A stretch of DNA of 62,997 bases, the filler included, from Conidiobolus incongruus B7586 (lineage: Eukaryota): NCBI GenBank assembly GCA_000697335.1. It is 21 parts of 21 records of this genome, joined end to end, with 100 filler letters (N's around TTAATTAATTAA, not from the genome) between each part and the next. Parts side by side here need not be neighbours in the genome. Positions count along the whole stretch, not along the records: positions 26,798 to 28,655 come from JNEM01007200.1; positions 28,756 to 30,524 come from JNEM01007201.1; positions 30,625 to 32,547 come from JNEM01007202.1; positions 32,648 to 34,777 come from JNEM01007203.1; positions 34,878 to 50,886 come from JNEM01007204.1; 16 more parts are not named here. The stretch is one strand, 5' to 3'. Position 1 is the first letter of the stretch; each line of letters starts with the position of its first letter. Of the stretch, positions 26,798 through 39,496 are shown one piece after another. Under the pieces are notes generated by a model. It saw nothing but the letters and a program-made list of their open reading frames with translations, searched no databases and was not told where the DNA came from. The position numbers and the translations under genes were made by a program.

Positions 26798-27855
26798 AAT
26801 AAGCTTATAATATTAATTTATAATTAAATATATTTGATTTAATTATATAAACTTTTAGTTAATTTATTTAAATTTAAATTTTATTTAAGATAAGTTATAA
26901 ATTTATATACTTTGGATATAGAAAGAAAATTAAAACTTAGTATATTTATCTTTTGTATACTTAATTTCCTTAAGTTTATAAGGTATAAAATCAACTAATT
27001 TCTTTTATTAAGAATGATTAATTTTGTTCTAAGATTCTTAATTATATTCCCAAAACTTAATTAAATTTTTTATTGGTAAGAAAGCTATAATTATTTTTTT
27101 AACTAATATTAAAAATATTTAACTAAATTAAAGTTAAAGATTTAAAAAACCATTTTATAACTATTATTTTATTATTTTCAAACCATTTAGTAATAGAAAC
27201 AATAATATAACAAAAGGCATTATCTTATTAAAAAATAACATCTGATCTATTTAACTTATTTTATTTAATATTATTTTTTAATTTATTATTTGAAATATTT
27301 TAATATATTTCAATATTAACTTCCTTATTAGTTTTATAAAAATATCTTATATTAAGAGATAGCATATAATTTTAAATTATAATCAATCTACCACTATATT
27401 TTTAAATTAAAATAACATAATGGTCATAATGTAGTTTATTGTTTTTTTTAAAATATCTAGCTTTTTTATTAAATTTACTTAATTATATTTTTATTTTATT
27501 AGATTAAATAACCTTATTATAATTAGTTTTAATTTATCTTTAATAATGATATTTAAACTCGTATCAAATTTTATAATAGAACTTTTTTAATTAGGGGTAT
27601 TATTTCTTAAGATACAAGTAATATTTATTTTAATATAAATTATATATATTAATATTAATATTAATTAATATTCTTATATAATGTTATAATTCTTACTATA
27701 TTTATATAATAATTTAGTATTTACTTATATTAACTAACTTATAAATATATTCTTTATCATATTTATTTATTATTTTAATATATTTAAGTTTAGGTTTAAA
27801 TATATCCTTATTATAATTTTTAATAGCTTTAATTATAATAAACTAAATAATACTA
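26798..27855 (-). mobile_element. Tc1-type transposon (family A variant), degenerate, interrupted by mariner C
   Basis: Aligns with 52611-53660. Confidence 0.8.
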
Positions 27856-28655
27856 TTACTCTGTATTTTTAATAATGGGAATTTTTTGCAATTAAAAATA
27901 AATAAACATTTGAATATATGATATATAAAAATAAATATATAATATAAATTTAATAGTTTCTTTTATTATTAATAACTTTTTGCTATACTTTTAGCAAACT
28001 TCTAACACATAAAAAACAGTTCTTTTTATTAAAGACTGAAATTTGATGTTTCACAAACCAATTAAATTTTCCTGCAGAAATTTTCTTTCCTGCAAGCTGG
28101 TTTTTTAATTGCCTAAAGCAATTATAATCACATAGGTTATAATCAGGGAAATATACTGGATGTGGTAGTTCTTTCCAGTTATTTTTAATTAGAAAGTTTT
28201 TTACAGCTTTAAATTTATGTATTTTACAATTATCATGCAAAATAATAGGTTTTCTTAAATTATATTGAGAACACCAATTAAAAATACTTTTATTTAAAAA
28301 AACAATATATAGTTTATTATTAATTGATTTTCCTTCAGAAACTAAATAAGAATAGCATATAACATTATAATCCATTACAATAATTAACATTTGCTTATTA
28401 ATAAAGTGTTTATTTAAAGGGATTTGTGGAGGGGGTTGATTTAGCTTAATCTAGCATCTTGATTTGTGTTTTAATAAAGGATTATACATAGGGATTTAAG
28501 ATTCATCAATTATAATTATTCACTGTAAAAGTTTAGGCTTCTGGTAATATTTCAATAAGTTTTATTTAATAATAGCTACTCTAGCTTTTTTTTAAGCTTT
28601 AGTTAAATTATAAGGTACCTATTTTATATTTTTATTTATTAATTTTAGTTTAAAC
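27856..28655 (-). mobile_element. mariner (DD34D) element, subfamily C, 3' part
   Basis: TA|ttactctgtatttttaataatggga TIR. ORF 27983-28390 with LHDNC...FPDYNLCDY. Confidence 0.9.
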
Positions 28656-28843
28656 NNNNNNNNNNNNNNNNNNNNNNNNNNNNNNNNNNNNNNNNNNNNT
28701 TAATTAATTAANNNNNNNNNNNNNNNNNNNNNNNNNNNNNNNNNNNNNNNNNNNNTATAAGTTTATAGGTTTATAATTTAAAAAGATATATATAACTAAA
28801 ATTTCCTTAAATTTTTTTTATATTTAATATATATATATAAATA

Positions 28844-30408
28844 CACTAACTTGAAAAGTGAGTTATAAAATCAAAAATATATATATTAATTAATAACTAA
28901 AACAATTATATATATTAGATTACTTGAAATTATAATATATAATTAAATTATATTATTTAATAATAAATATATTTAGATATATATAGTAAACTATTAGTAA
29001 AAATATTAAGCCTTAATATTTAACTATAGTAAGTTATAAATTTATAGGTTTTTGAGATAAAAGGATATATTTAATAATATATAACCATATCTTTTTTCTT
29101 TCTTTGTTATTATTTTATATTATATTTTACAAATATACTAAATTTTTTTTATTAGTATCATTATACTTAAATCCCTCTCTAAAAAAATCTACTTGTATAT
29201 TAATCAACTTTATAAAAAAGGTAAATTAACTCATAATATTATTAGAATTAGTAGTGTTAGTTAGTTTACTATAGTTAAAGTTGTTAAGAATAACAATAAA
29301 AAAACATTTAAACTTAAACTTAAGTGTGTTAAAATTATAAATAAACATAATAAAAAGTATATTTGTAGGTTGGTTAGTATAAGTAAATATGATACTATTA
29401 TAAAAATACAACAGGAACTATAAGATTATATAAGAATATTAGTTAGCACTGATAATATTATATATGTTTTACATTAGCATAGATACCATTTACACTTTAA
29501 GAAAAAACACCCCCAACTAAAAAAATCCCATTATAAAACTAGGTAAGAGTTTAAATGTTACTATTAATATTAAATTGAAACTAATTAAAATAAGGTTATT
29601 TAGTCTAATGAAACAAAAATATACTTTAATAGATTTAATAAAATAGCTAGATGCTTCAAAAAAGATATAGAACTACTTTGTAACTATTATGTTAATTTAA
29701 CCCAAAAGTACAATGATAGGTTAATTATTATTTAGGGATATATATTATCTTTAAGTGTAAGGTATCTTTATAAAGTTAATAAAGGAATTAATACTAAGAT
29801 GTACTAAAGTATTTTAAACAATGAATTGAAAAAAACCATTGAATAATATAGGTTAAATAAATCTGATATTATTTTCTAGTAAGATAATACCTTTTATTAT
29901 ACTATAGCTTTTACTACCAAATAACTTAAAAATAACAAGATAATAGTTATAAAGTAGCTTCTTTAATCTCCTAACTTTAATTTAATTAAATATCTTTAGG
30001 ATCAATTAAAAAAAGCTATTAAAGTTTTCCCTTTAATTAAAGATTTAAATCAACTTTAGGAATATGTTCAAGAAGTATAAAACAAGATTAACCTTTCTTA
30101 GTGTAAGAAGTTAATTGATTCTATACCCTACAAACTTAAAGAGGTTAAAAAAGCTAAAGGTAGATACATTAGGTTTTAATTTTATTTATCACCAAAAACC
30201 TACAAATTTATAATTCACCTTAGGTAAAATTTAAAGGTTTATATTTTAGTCAATTAATAGCTAAATATCATCATTTAATGATATATATAATTAATAAATA
30301 TAATAGATTTTAATTATATAATTTAAATCTATTTTATTAAATATTAATTAAGTTATTAGTAAAAATATAAGTGTTTTTGATTTTATAACTCATTTTTGTA
30401 GGTTAGTG
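28844..30408 (+). mobile_element. Tc1-type transposon (family A), full-length 1565-bp degenerate copy
   Basis: TA|cactaacttgaaaagtgagtt...aactcatttttgtaggttagtg|TA. Confidence 0.9.
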
Positions 30409-31359
30409 TATTAATTAATAATATATTAAATATAATTAAATATAGCCTATTTTAATTATATAATAATTTAAAATCAATTACCAAATTATTTTTATTTCAG
30501 ATTTATTTTGATTATATTTTAAACNNNNNNNNNNNNNNNNNNNNNNNNNNNNNNNNNNNNNNNNNNNNTTAATTAATTAANNNNNNNNNNNNNNNNNNNN
30601 NNNNNNNNNNNNNNNNNNNNNNNNATAATAAATATTGATATTACATATTCTAACTAGTATATTTAACTTGAATTTTAAACCTATTTTATTATATAATTTT
30701 GATAGAAATATTTAATATCACTATATATATCATTTTATTATTGATTTCTAAATTATTCTAAATCAATATAAAAACAAAGATATTAAATATTATAATATTA
30801 TTATTAATCTAAAAAATAGTTAGAAATATCTATAATATATAGCTTAACTATATTTTGGATTTTGATATATAAGCCAATAATTTTATCTTTACTTATAAAA
30901 CCTATATTATATTTAGAAATTTGATTAAATAATTGAATAATCAAGTTTATCTTTTTATTTTATTATAAATATAATTTATATTTCTAATTAATAATTGATA
31001 TTAATATTTAATAATTATTAGATATATTATTTAAAATTTTATAATAAGGAATTTAAAATATATATTAAAAATTTATAACAGAATTAAATAACAGATATAT
31101 AATTGAATCTGTATAATAATGGTTTAATATAAAATTTTATTAATAATTAATTTATATTTTTTCATACCAATATTAATTTGATATTATTATTTAAATTATA
31201 ATGAAATTTCAATTTATAAAGTAAATATTATTTTGAATTAATAAAATTAATGAGCATATAAGATTTTAATAGCTTTATAATATTTTTTCATTATTTATTA
31301 TATTATTTAGATTTATTTAAATAAATATAAATATTATCAAATTTGATTTAATATTATTT

Positions 31360-32094
31360 TATAATTTAAATAATCGGAATTTTCTGGGATAAAAAAATAA
31401 ATATTTTAATACATAAATAATAAAGATAAATAATTAATAAAAATTTAATAATTTCTTTAATTTCTAATAACTTTTGACTATACTTTAAATAAAGATCTAA
31501 TACCTAAAAATGGTTTTTTTATTAAAAACTGAAATTTAATATTATATAAACCAATTAAATTTTTCTGTAAAAATTATCTTTCTTATAAGTTGGTTTTTTT
31601 TACCTAAAACAGTTATAATCAAATGGGTTATAATTAGGGGAATATAATGGATATGATAGTTTTTTCAAGCTATTCTTGATTAAAGAGTTTTTTATAATTT
31701 TAAATTTATGTATTTTGTAATTATAATGCAAAATAATAAATTATTTCATATTATATTAAGAATACTAATAAGAAATAATTTTATTTAAAAAAGAAATATA
31801 TGGTTTATTATTAATTGATTTTCCTTTAAGAATTAAATAAAAATAACATATATTATTATACTCCATTATAATATTTAACATTTGTTTATTAATATAATAT
31901 TTATTTAAAAATATTTATAAAAAGAGTTAGTTTAATTTAATTTAATAGCTTGATTTATATATTTGTAAATAATTATATAAGAATCTAAGATTTATCATTT
32001 ATAATAATTTTTTATAAAATCCTTGGTTATTAGCTATACTTAGTAAGTTTTGTTTAACAATAGCTATTTTGACTTTTGTTTAAATTTTAGATAA
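31360..32094 (-). mobile_element. mariner subfamily C-like, degenerate, interrupted by LTR element
   Basis: Aligns with 32700-33435; stops abruptly at the LTR start. Left boundary approximate. Confidence 0.75.
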
Positions 32095-32547
32095 TGTTAA
32101 GAGACTAGTTCTCTAAATTCTTATATACACTTTATATAATCCAATTAACTATAAATTATATGATTAATTTATACTTATATAGTTAAATTAATTGTATAAA
32201 TAGTATTAAATTATCTAATAAACTAGGTTCCTCTTTTTCCTCTCAATTCTTACTATTTTTACCTTTACACTATTTCTAAGATTGAGACTATATTCTGTCG
32301 ATATTGTAGGATATTGGCACTACCTAATATAAATCTTAATATATCGGTGACTCATCCTAGTTCGAAGCTTAATTAAACTTTGTTTACACTTGCACGCTAC
32401 AGCCACGTTATATTACCACGTTCTGCGCCACACTACTTTTATATTAAGTCTTCCTCTGCACTATATTGGCTTAACTACCACTATGCTTACATGGTAGCAG
32501 CGACAAAACTATTAAAAACCTACTAGATATTAATAACTATCTGTATC
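32095..32547 (+). mobile_element. Gypsy family G1 5' LTR (32095-32491, 397 bp) with PBS, least mutated copy
   Basis: TGTTAAG...CTTACA, then TGGTAGCAGCG (32492-32502), resembling the complement of the initiator-Met tRNA 3' end. 7 CpG retained. Confidence 0.9.
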
Positions 32548-32686
32548 NNNNNNNNNNNNNNNNNNNNNNNNNNNNNNNNNNNNNNNNNNNNTTAATTAAT
32601 TAANNNNNNNNNNNNNNNNNNNNNNNNNNNNNNNNNNNNNNNNNNNNATATTATATTTATAAAGTTATTAAGCTTAGAAGTTAATA

Positions 32687-33996
32687 TTACTTTGTATTTT
32701 TAATAATGGGAATTTTTTACAATTTAAAATAAATAAATATTTTAATGTATAATATATAAAAATAAATATATAATATAAATTTAATAGTTTCTTTTATTAT
32801 TAATAACTTTTTGCTATACTTTTGGCAAAGATCTAACACCTAAAAAACAGTTCTTTTTATTAAAAACTAAAATTTGATATTTCACAAACCAATTAAATTT
32901 TCCTGTAGAAATTTTCTTTCCTACAAGCTAGTTTTTTAATTACCTAAAGCAATTATAATTACATAGGTTATAATCTAAAGAATATACTAGATATGGTAGT
33001 TCTTTCCAGTTATTTTTAATTAGAAAGTTTTTTACAGCTTTAGATTTATGAATTTTGTAATTATCATGTAAAATAATAGGTCTTCTCAAATTATATTGAG
33101 AATACTAATTAAAAATACTTTTATTTGAAAAAGCAATATAAAGTTTACTATTAATTGATTTTCCTTTAGGAGCTAAATAAAAGTAGTATATAACATTATA
33201 ATCTATTACAATAATTAATATTTGCTTATTAACAAAATACTTATTTAAAGGGATTTGTGGAGGGGGTTGATTTAACTTAATTTAGCATCTTGATTTGTGT
33301 TTTAATAAAGGATTATACATAAAGATCTAAAATTCATCAATTGTAATTATTTGCTGTAGAAATCTAGGCTTCTGGTAATATTTTAGTAAGTTTTATTTAG
33401 CAATAACTACTCTAGCTTTTTTCTAAGCTCTAGTTAAATTATAAGATACCTATTTTATATTTTTATTTATTAATTTAAGTTTAAACTTTAATATATATAA
33501 AATACTTATAAAACTAATATTAAAGTACTTAGATAATTCTCTAACTGAAATAAAAAGGTAGTTTTTAATATATTTTTTCACTTAATTAATAATTGAAAGA
33601 GTAACAGTTAAAGTTAATCTTCTAGATTTTAACAAGTTTTAGATAATTTTTCTTTTAGCTTTAAAATAATTTACCTAGCAATAAATTGTTAATTTAGATA
33701 ATGATTCATTACTAAAAGTTACTTGTAAATTTTAAATAATTTTAGAGGGCTTATAGTTAAGTTTTACTAATACTAAAATAAAAAACTTTTAATGATTATT
33801 ATATGGTTTAAGTATAATTAAATTAAACAGCCAATTTTAAAAAGTTAATTTTTTAATCAAAAAATTTATTATATATATATATATTAAAAATATATAATTT
33901 CCTATTAACTTTGTATATATTTATTTATTTTAAACTAATAATATGTTTGAAAAATCAGAAATTAAAAAATTTCCCATTTCTTTAAATTTAAGGTAA
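32687..33996 (-). mobile_element. mariner subfamily C, full-length 1310-bp degenerate copy
   Basis: TA|ttactttgtatttttaataatggga...ttcccatttctttaaatttaaggtaa|TA. Confidence 0.9.
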
Positions 33997-34177
33997 TATA
34001 ATAAAGAAAAAAACTTAAATTAAAATTAATATATTAAATTTAATATATCAGTGAGTATACTTAAGCTTAAAATATATTTGTTAATATAAATATATTAGGT
34101 GATATATATTAGCTAGTCTAATATAATTATAATATTAATAATAATTATATTAATTTTTAAACAACAATGATTAATAA

Positions 34178-34520
34178 TATTAAAAGACTAGTTTTTGAAA
34201 TTTTTATATATAATTCTATATGATTTATTTAACTCAAAATTAATCAAATAATTTATATTATTAAAGTTAAATAAATTATAAAGATAATATTATTTAAATT
34301 AATAAATATGATTCTTTTCTTTTTCTCTCAATTTTTTTATTTTTTTTTCTATTATTTCTAAAATTCAAAATAAATTCTGTCAATAATATAATATATGAGT
34401 ATTAACTTATTTATTTACAAAACTTAATTAAACTTTATTTACTGATTATTAATTGTTATTTAAATATTATATTAAGTATTCTTTTGTATTATATTAGTTT
34501 TTTTATCATTATATTTATGA
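34178..34520 (+). mobile_element. Very degenerate G1 LTR remnant
   Basis: tattaaaagactagtttttgaaatttttatata, ttctctcaatt and aacttaattaaactttattt match the G1 LTR in order. End approximate. Confidence 0.55.
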
Positions 34521-35229
34521 ATAATAATTTAAAAAAATAATAAAAAATTAACAAAAAAATATTATATTTATTAATTAAATTAATATTATTTATTATTTAA
34601 AATTTAAAGTAATATTTTTATTATCTTTATATTTAATTTTTATTATTTAATTTTATATCCAATATAATTATAAAAAAACTTTGATATATTTATTTTAAAG
34701 ATTATATTTCCATATATTTAATATATATTATTAATCAAAATAATAATTTTATTTTCCATTATTTAATTAAATTTTTANNNNNNNNNNNNNNNNNNNNNNN
34801 NNNNNNNNNNNNNNNNNNNNNTTAATTAATTAANNNNNNNNNNNNNNNNNNNNNNNNNNNNNNNNNNNNNNNNNNNNATTTATTAAATTTATTTAGAATA
34901 TATTTAATATTTAATTATTTATAAAATAATATTTTTCATTTTTTTATTAATTTATAACAAAGTTATTTGGTTGAAAATATCTTTGTTATAAAATAATATT
35001 TAAGAAATTTTTTCAAATATTTTATTTATTAAAATACATATTATATTATCAATTTATATTTTTTTAAATATTTTATAAAATAAGTAACTATATAATTATA
35101 CTATTGGTTTTCATGTTGATCAAATATAGTAAAAAATCTATATTAATCTAAGTATTTTTATATACAATAATCATTTTAACTAAAATTTTATAATATTTAT
35201 AAATAGTAGTTATATTATATTTAACAGGA

Positions 35230-36590
35230 TTTTCATTGAAATAAATGTTTTGTCTAATATTGCAAAAATCTAATTTACTTATTAGACGAATCAAACTGTT
35301 AGATATTAGTATAATACGATGTTACTCAAATATTTTTAGCATATTACCTCCTTTCTCCCAAGTTTTATTCCTTAAGAGACCCGTTGCAATATATCTCTAT
35401 ATCAAACTAATTTGACAATAACAACTTGAAAGCCTAAAGAAGGTAATGACCGAAATTTGGCACCAAATAATATAATATGAAATATTACATAGGATTCGAA
35501 TTATAAATTATGATACAAAATACCATTTTCACTTTGATTAAAGATTATTAATACAAAGATTAATCGTGGATATAATAATCCTTAGACAATAACAAAAAAT
35601 TTGATATAGTGATAGAGGTAAATTTATAAGTTACACTTTTAATATTCCAAATTTTAATAATCAAAATCCATTGATAATTGTTAAAATATTCTATTTCTCA
35701 TTGTATAATAATGTATAACATTATTTTTTCATTTTTTGGATATTTTATCGAGATAATGGTTGAAGTTTCTTATAATAAGAGATTTAATGACTATTATAGT
35801 AACTATACTGACTTAATTTTGTTAACTTCAAACCATACAACACCACCAATTTGCCAGGTACCTCAATAATAATTTGTTCAAAATATTTTTCAGCATTAAT
35901 TAGCCATTCAATATTTACCATAACCCACCAAATTATGCTGTATTCGGATGCTTCCTTGTATTGTACATGACTATAAACATATATAATTCACATTTTATAC
36001 TAACCCCAAATGTACTCTGAACTTTAAATCCCATGTAATTAATTAATTTATTATCCAGCCATAACCCATATCATATCCTCACAAATTGATTGATGCCAAA
36101 ACAATTGGTTATGTGAATTGAAAGAATTGGTGGAATTTATATACACATAACAAGTGGTTCTAGTTAATTGGTTAAATCTACAGAATTTCATTAAAAATGC
36201 TGGATATACTTTGATCATCATATTATTGACTAAATATAAAAAAGACGATATTTTGATTATGTTGAGTAGCCATATCTAAAATATTTTAAATGTGATCAAA
36301 TTTAATTAGTCCAGAATTATAATAAATAAGCAAATTATATTATAAAAATATACTACCAATTAATACAATTAATAAATTACCTGTTATCTGTAATTGTAAT
36401 AATAATAAAAAATAATAATTTTTCCAAAATTAGGACTACTCTTTCCTAAATGAAGAAAAATTAACATCCTATCTAAAAATATTCTAACAATTATTATTAA
36501 TTAAATAACAAACGCCAACATAATAAATAAAAATAACATTTTTAAAATCTGTCATATTGTTAATAATTTTATAAATAATTCGTTTAACAT
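35230..36590 (-). pseudogene. Heavily decayed intron-containing gene, possibly O-fucosyltransferase-like glycosyltransferase
   Basis: Hydrophobic N-terminal segment and GT-AG intron remnants (e.g. 35971-36004). Fragments YIATG (~35379-35393) and FAILDK (~35250-35267) in the order seen in O-FucT C-termini. Many stops and frameshifts. Confidence 0.3.
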
Positions 36591-38045
36591 AATAATTTTT
36601 TGATAATTCACAATAATTTAACATTATTATTTAATATCCGAATTTATCCCATTTATTAAATCATAAGGTTTTAAAATGATTGCAATGATGACTAATTTAT
36701 AATTTCGAATCCAAAACTTTAATATAGATAATATGTAAGATAATAATTAAAGTGATTAAATGATCAATCTTTTTTCTTATTAATTATTTTTTTATCAATA
36801 ATTAAACTTAATTTTTTGATTAAAATATGAATCAGATGATTATTTTTTTAATAAAAATAAAAGCAGTTTTATTTTTGTTAATTTCAATTTGTTAAAAATT
36901 GAATTAGTTCCGTAATTTCCCAAATTAGTAAGGGAGTTGAATAAATAATGGAAATTATTTTTATTTGTTACATAAATATTATCATTAACAAATCATATTA
37001 TTATCATCATAATTATTATTGTTGTTATTGATCATTAAGATAAGATAATAAAATGAAAAAAGATTTAATAATAATAATAATAATAGTGAAATATTTATAT
37101 ATTTATTAATAATTAATAAAAAATGATATTTATTTATATTAAATATAAATTTATAAATATCATTTGAAAATTTAATAAACAAAATCAAGAAATTAAATGA
37201 ATTAAGTAATAAATTTTGGAAATTTATTATTTTTAAAAAAGTTATTTTAAGGACTAATTGAATAGATATAAATTATGAAATCATATTAAGTGGATAAAAT
37301 AAATAATTTAAATAAATTGGATTTTTTTTTTGTTGAAGTGAGATGAATTGGATAGAATTTTATCCAATTAAATAGATGTATAATTTTAATTTAAATTTTT
37401 GGAATTAAAGAGGGTGTGGTGAATGAGTATCCTTAATGATTTTTTAATTTACCAGTAAATTAAACTATGATTCAACAAATTAATCGAATTATAATGAGAA
37501 AAAAGTATATGATTGCTAATTATACCTTTCTATGTCAAATAAGTAGTTAAGATCGTCCATCATATTATAGGATAATATATCACTTGATGTGATTATTGTG
37601 ATTCGGAAGGAAATTAATAAAGATCACGATTGGATACTCTTGATAAATATAATTTCATTTAATATTAAAAATTTGAATGAAATGAGTTATTAGAGTGGAG
37701 ATTGGAAGTGATAAATTGTCATCATCAATGGAGGATGGGGCAAAATATAACTCGGAATTGGTAAATTATGAGAGAATATAGTAATGTTATTGCCGAAAAA
37801 TGAGAAATTTAATAATGGAAATGATTTTTCCTATAATTAAGTTTGACATTTATATTCCATAATGTTATATTTTAATGAATATCACATTTTATTATTTTCG
37901 ATTTTATTCAATATGATGTAAAACTGGGATGAATGTGACACAATAGTTCAACAATAACCATTTCTCTCGGTATTAATAAATTGATAACGGGGAGAACAGG
38001 GAGAAAGGATGGAGTGGTGATAAGTGAAATAAATTAAAGAATTTG

Positions 38046-38086
38046 AGGTAACATCATTAATATGGGTAACTTAAATGATGTTACCT
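38046..38086. repeat. Inverted repeat, perfect 13-bp arms with 15-nt spacer
   Basis: aggtaacatcatt (38046-38058) and aatgatgttacct (38074-38086). Confidence 0.85.
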
Positions 38087-38317
38087 GAATTGCATAGAGT
38101 AGTAAAAATAAATGATTGAATTATTAAAATTACCAAAATCAGCAATATATTAATTAAATTATAGTTTTGAATCTATTGTATAGATGTGAGTTTTTTATGG
38201 TCAACAATAAATTTTGAAATATATCTGATCGTTGGTTCATATACACATTAGAATTGATAATTTTGATCTTTTTTCCTGTGAAAAAAGGATTCAGAATATC
38301 TGCTGGAGCTAGACATG

Positions 38318-39496
38318 TTAAGATAGCTTATCCAATCCGAGCTCTTTGATGGATGGCAGGGGGTTTAATTTGGCAGATGAAGGAATGTTAAAGTGGGAGG
38401 AACTGGGTGATTCCAGACTGTTGCTGTAGGTGTGCGTTGATGGCGAGGGTATTGAGTGTGATTTGGGGAACTGAGATGACAGTGGACTGACTAGGGGTCT
38501 TGAGTTCAGCGAATTGGCCGAGAGAGGAGTGCGGAGATCCGATACTGCTGACATGGGTGTTGTGGGTGACTGGATATTCAATGAATCTCTAAATAGAGAT
38601 GGTAGTGATGTGAGTCCAGCTGAGTCGAGTGGTGATGGAAGTGCTGAGGAATAGTTGTTGAGAGAACGGGAAGGATGATTTGAGATGCGATGATTGGATG
38701 GATCACTGGGTGAAAGAATCGGCGGCGAATGGGCAGTGTTAGGGTTGGAGTGTGAGTGAGAAGCAGGAATAGTATAAGGTGTCACTTTAATAGGTGCAGG
38801 AATAAATGTGTTACCTCTGCGATATGACCTACTAGAAAATGTTGAAGGAGGATTGAATTTCATTCCCATGTTAGAAGATTCTGGATGTTGGTGTTGGTGT
38901 TGGTGTTGATGCTGGTGCTGGTGCTGATGTTGTTGATGACGAGAAGGTTGTGGTGGAGGGTTGGATATGTTGTCATGCATAGTGACGGGCTCCGTTTGGT
39001 TCAATGCAACAAAGTGATATGGATGGGGGTAGAGGTTGACATGGTGAGGAGGTATCATACCTCCGCCTGCATGATGATAGAATCTGGGAGCTTGTTGAAG
39101 CTGTGCTCTGTTAACTTTAGCACGACGATTTTGAAACCATACCTGAACTTCTCTGTTGGTCATATTTAATTTATTGGCAAGCTGTTCTCTAACTTCAAAA
39201 CTGGGAGTGTTGGTTTGTTCAAACATAGCTAATAAATCTACTAATTGCTCCTGTGTGATTCTTTTGCGTTTTGGTCTATTATCGACAACTGCAGTGTTGG
39301 TTTGAGCAGCTGAGGCTGTTTGTTTGTCAGGTTTTTGCTCAGAGTTACCTGGGTTGGGCTCTGAAGCAGATTCTGGACTGCTTGGGACTTGAGGATTCAA
39401 AAGGTTAGAAAAGTCCCGATTTGAAGTAGTGGTAGTGTCTGTGGTATTGTCATCTAAACGACTAGGTCTAGAACTAGCTGGGCGATTATCTTCCAT
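38318..39496 (-). CDS. Homeodomain transcription factor (fungal Yox1/Pho2-like class), 392 aa, intronless
   Basis: RPKRKRITQEQL...F...P...REQLA..LNMT.REVQVWFQNRRAK (Q50). (HQ)n tract, S/P-rich tail, C-terminal LPSIKEL. Confidence 0.95.
   Translation of the reverse strand: MEDNRPASSRPSRLDDNTTDTTTTSNRDFSNLLNPQVPSSPESASEPNPGNSEQKPDKQTASAAQTNTAVVDNRPKRKRITQEQLVDLLAMFEQTNTPSFEVREQLANKLNMTNREVQVWFQNRRAKVNRAQLQQAPRFYHHAGGGMIPPHHVNLYPHPYHFVALNQTEPVTMHDNISNPPPQPSRHQQHQHQHQHQHQHQHQHPESSNMGMKFNPPSTFSSRSYRRGNTFIPAPIKVTPYTIPASHSHSNPNTAHSPPILSPSDPSNHRISNHPSRSLNNYSSALPSPLDSAGLTSLPSLFRDSLNIQSPTTPMSAVSDLRTPLSANSLNSRPLVSPLSSQFPKSHSIPSPSTHTYSNSLESPSSSHFNIPSSAKLNPLPSIKELGLDKLS

Noticed and set aside
25468..29411. 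Two similar 61-aa ORFs (25468-25653, 29226-29411) resembling a small gene family
   Set aside because: Antisense frames within two Tc1 copies.
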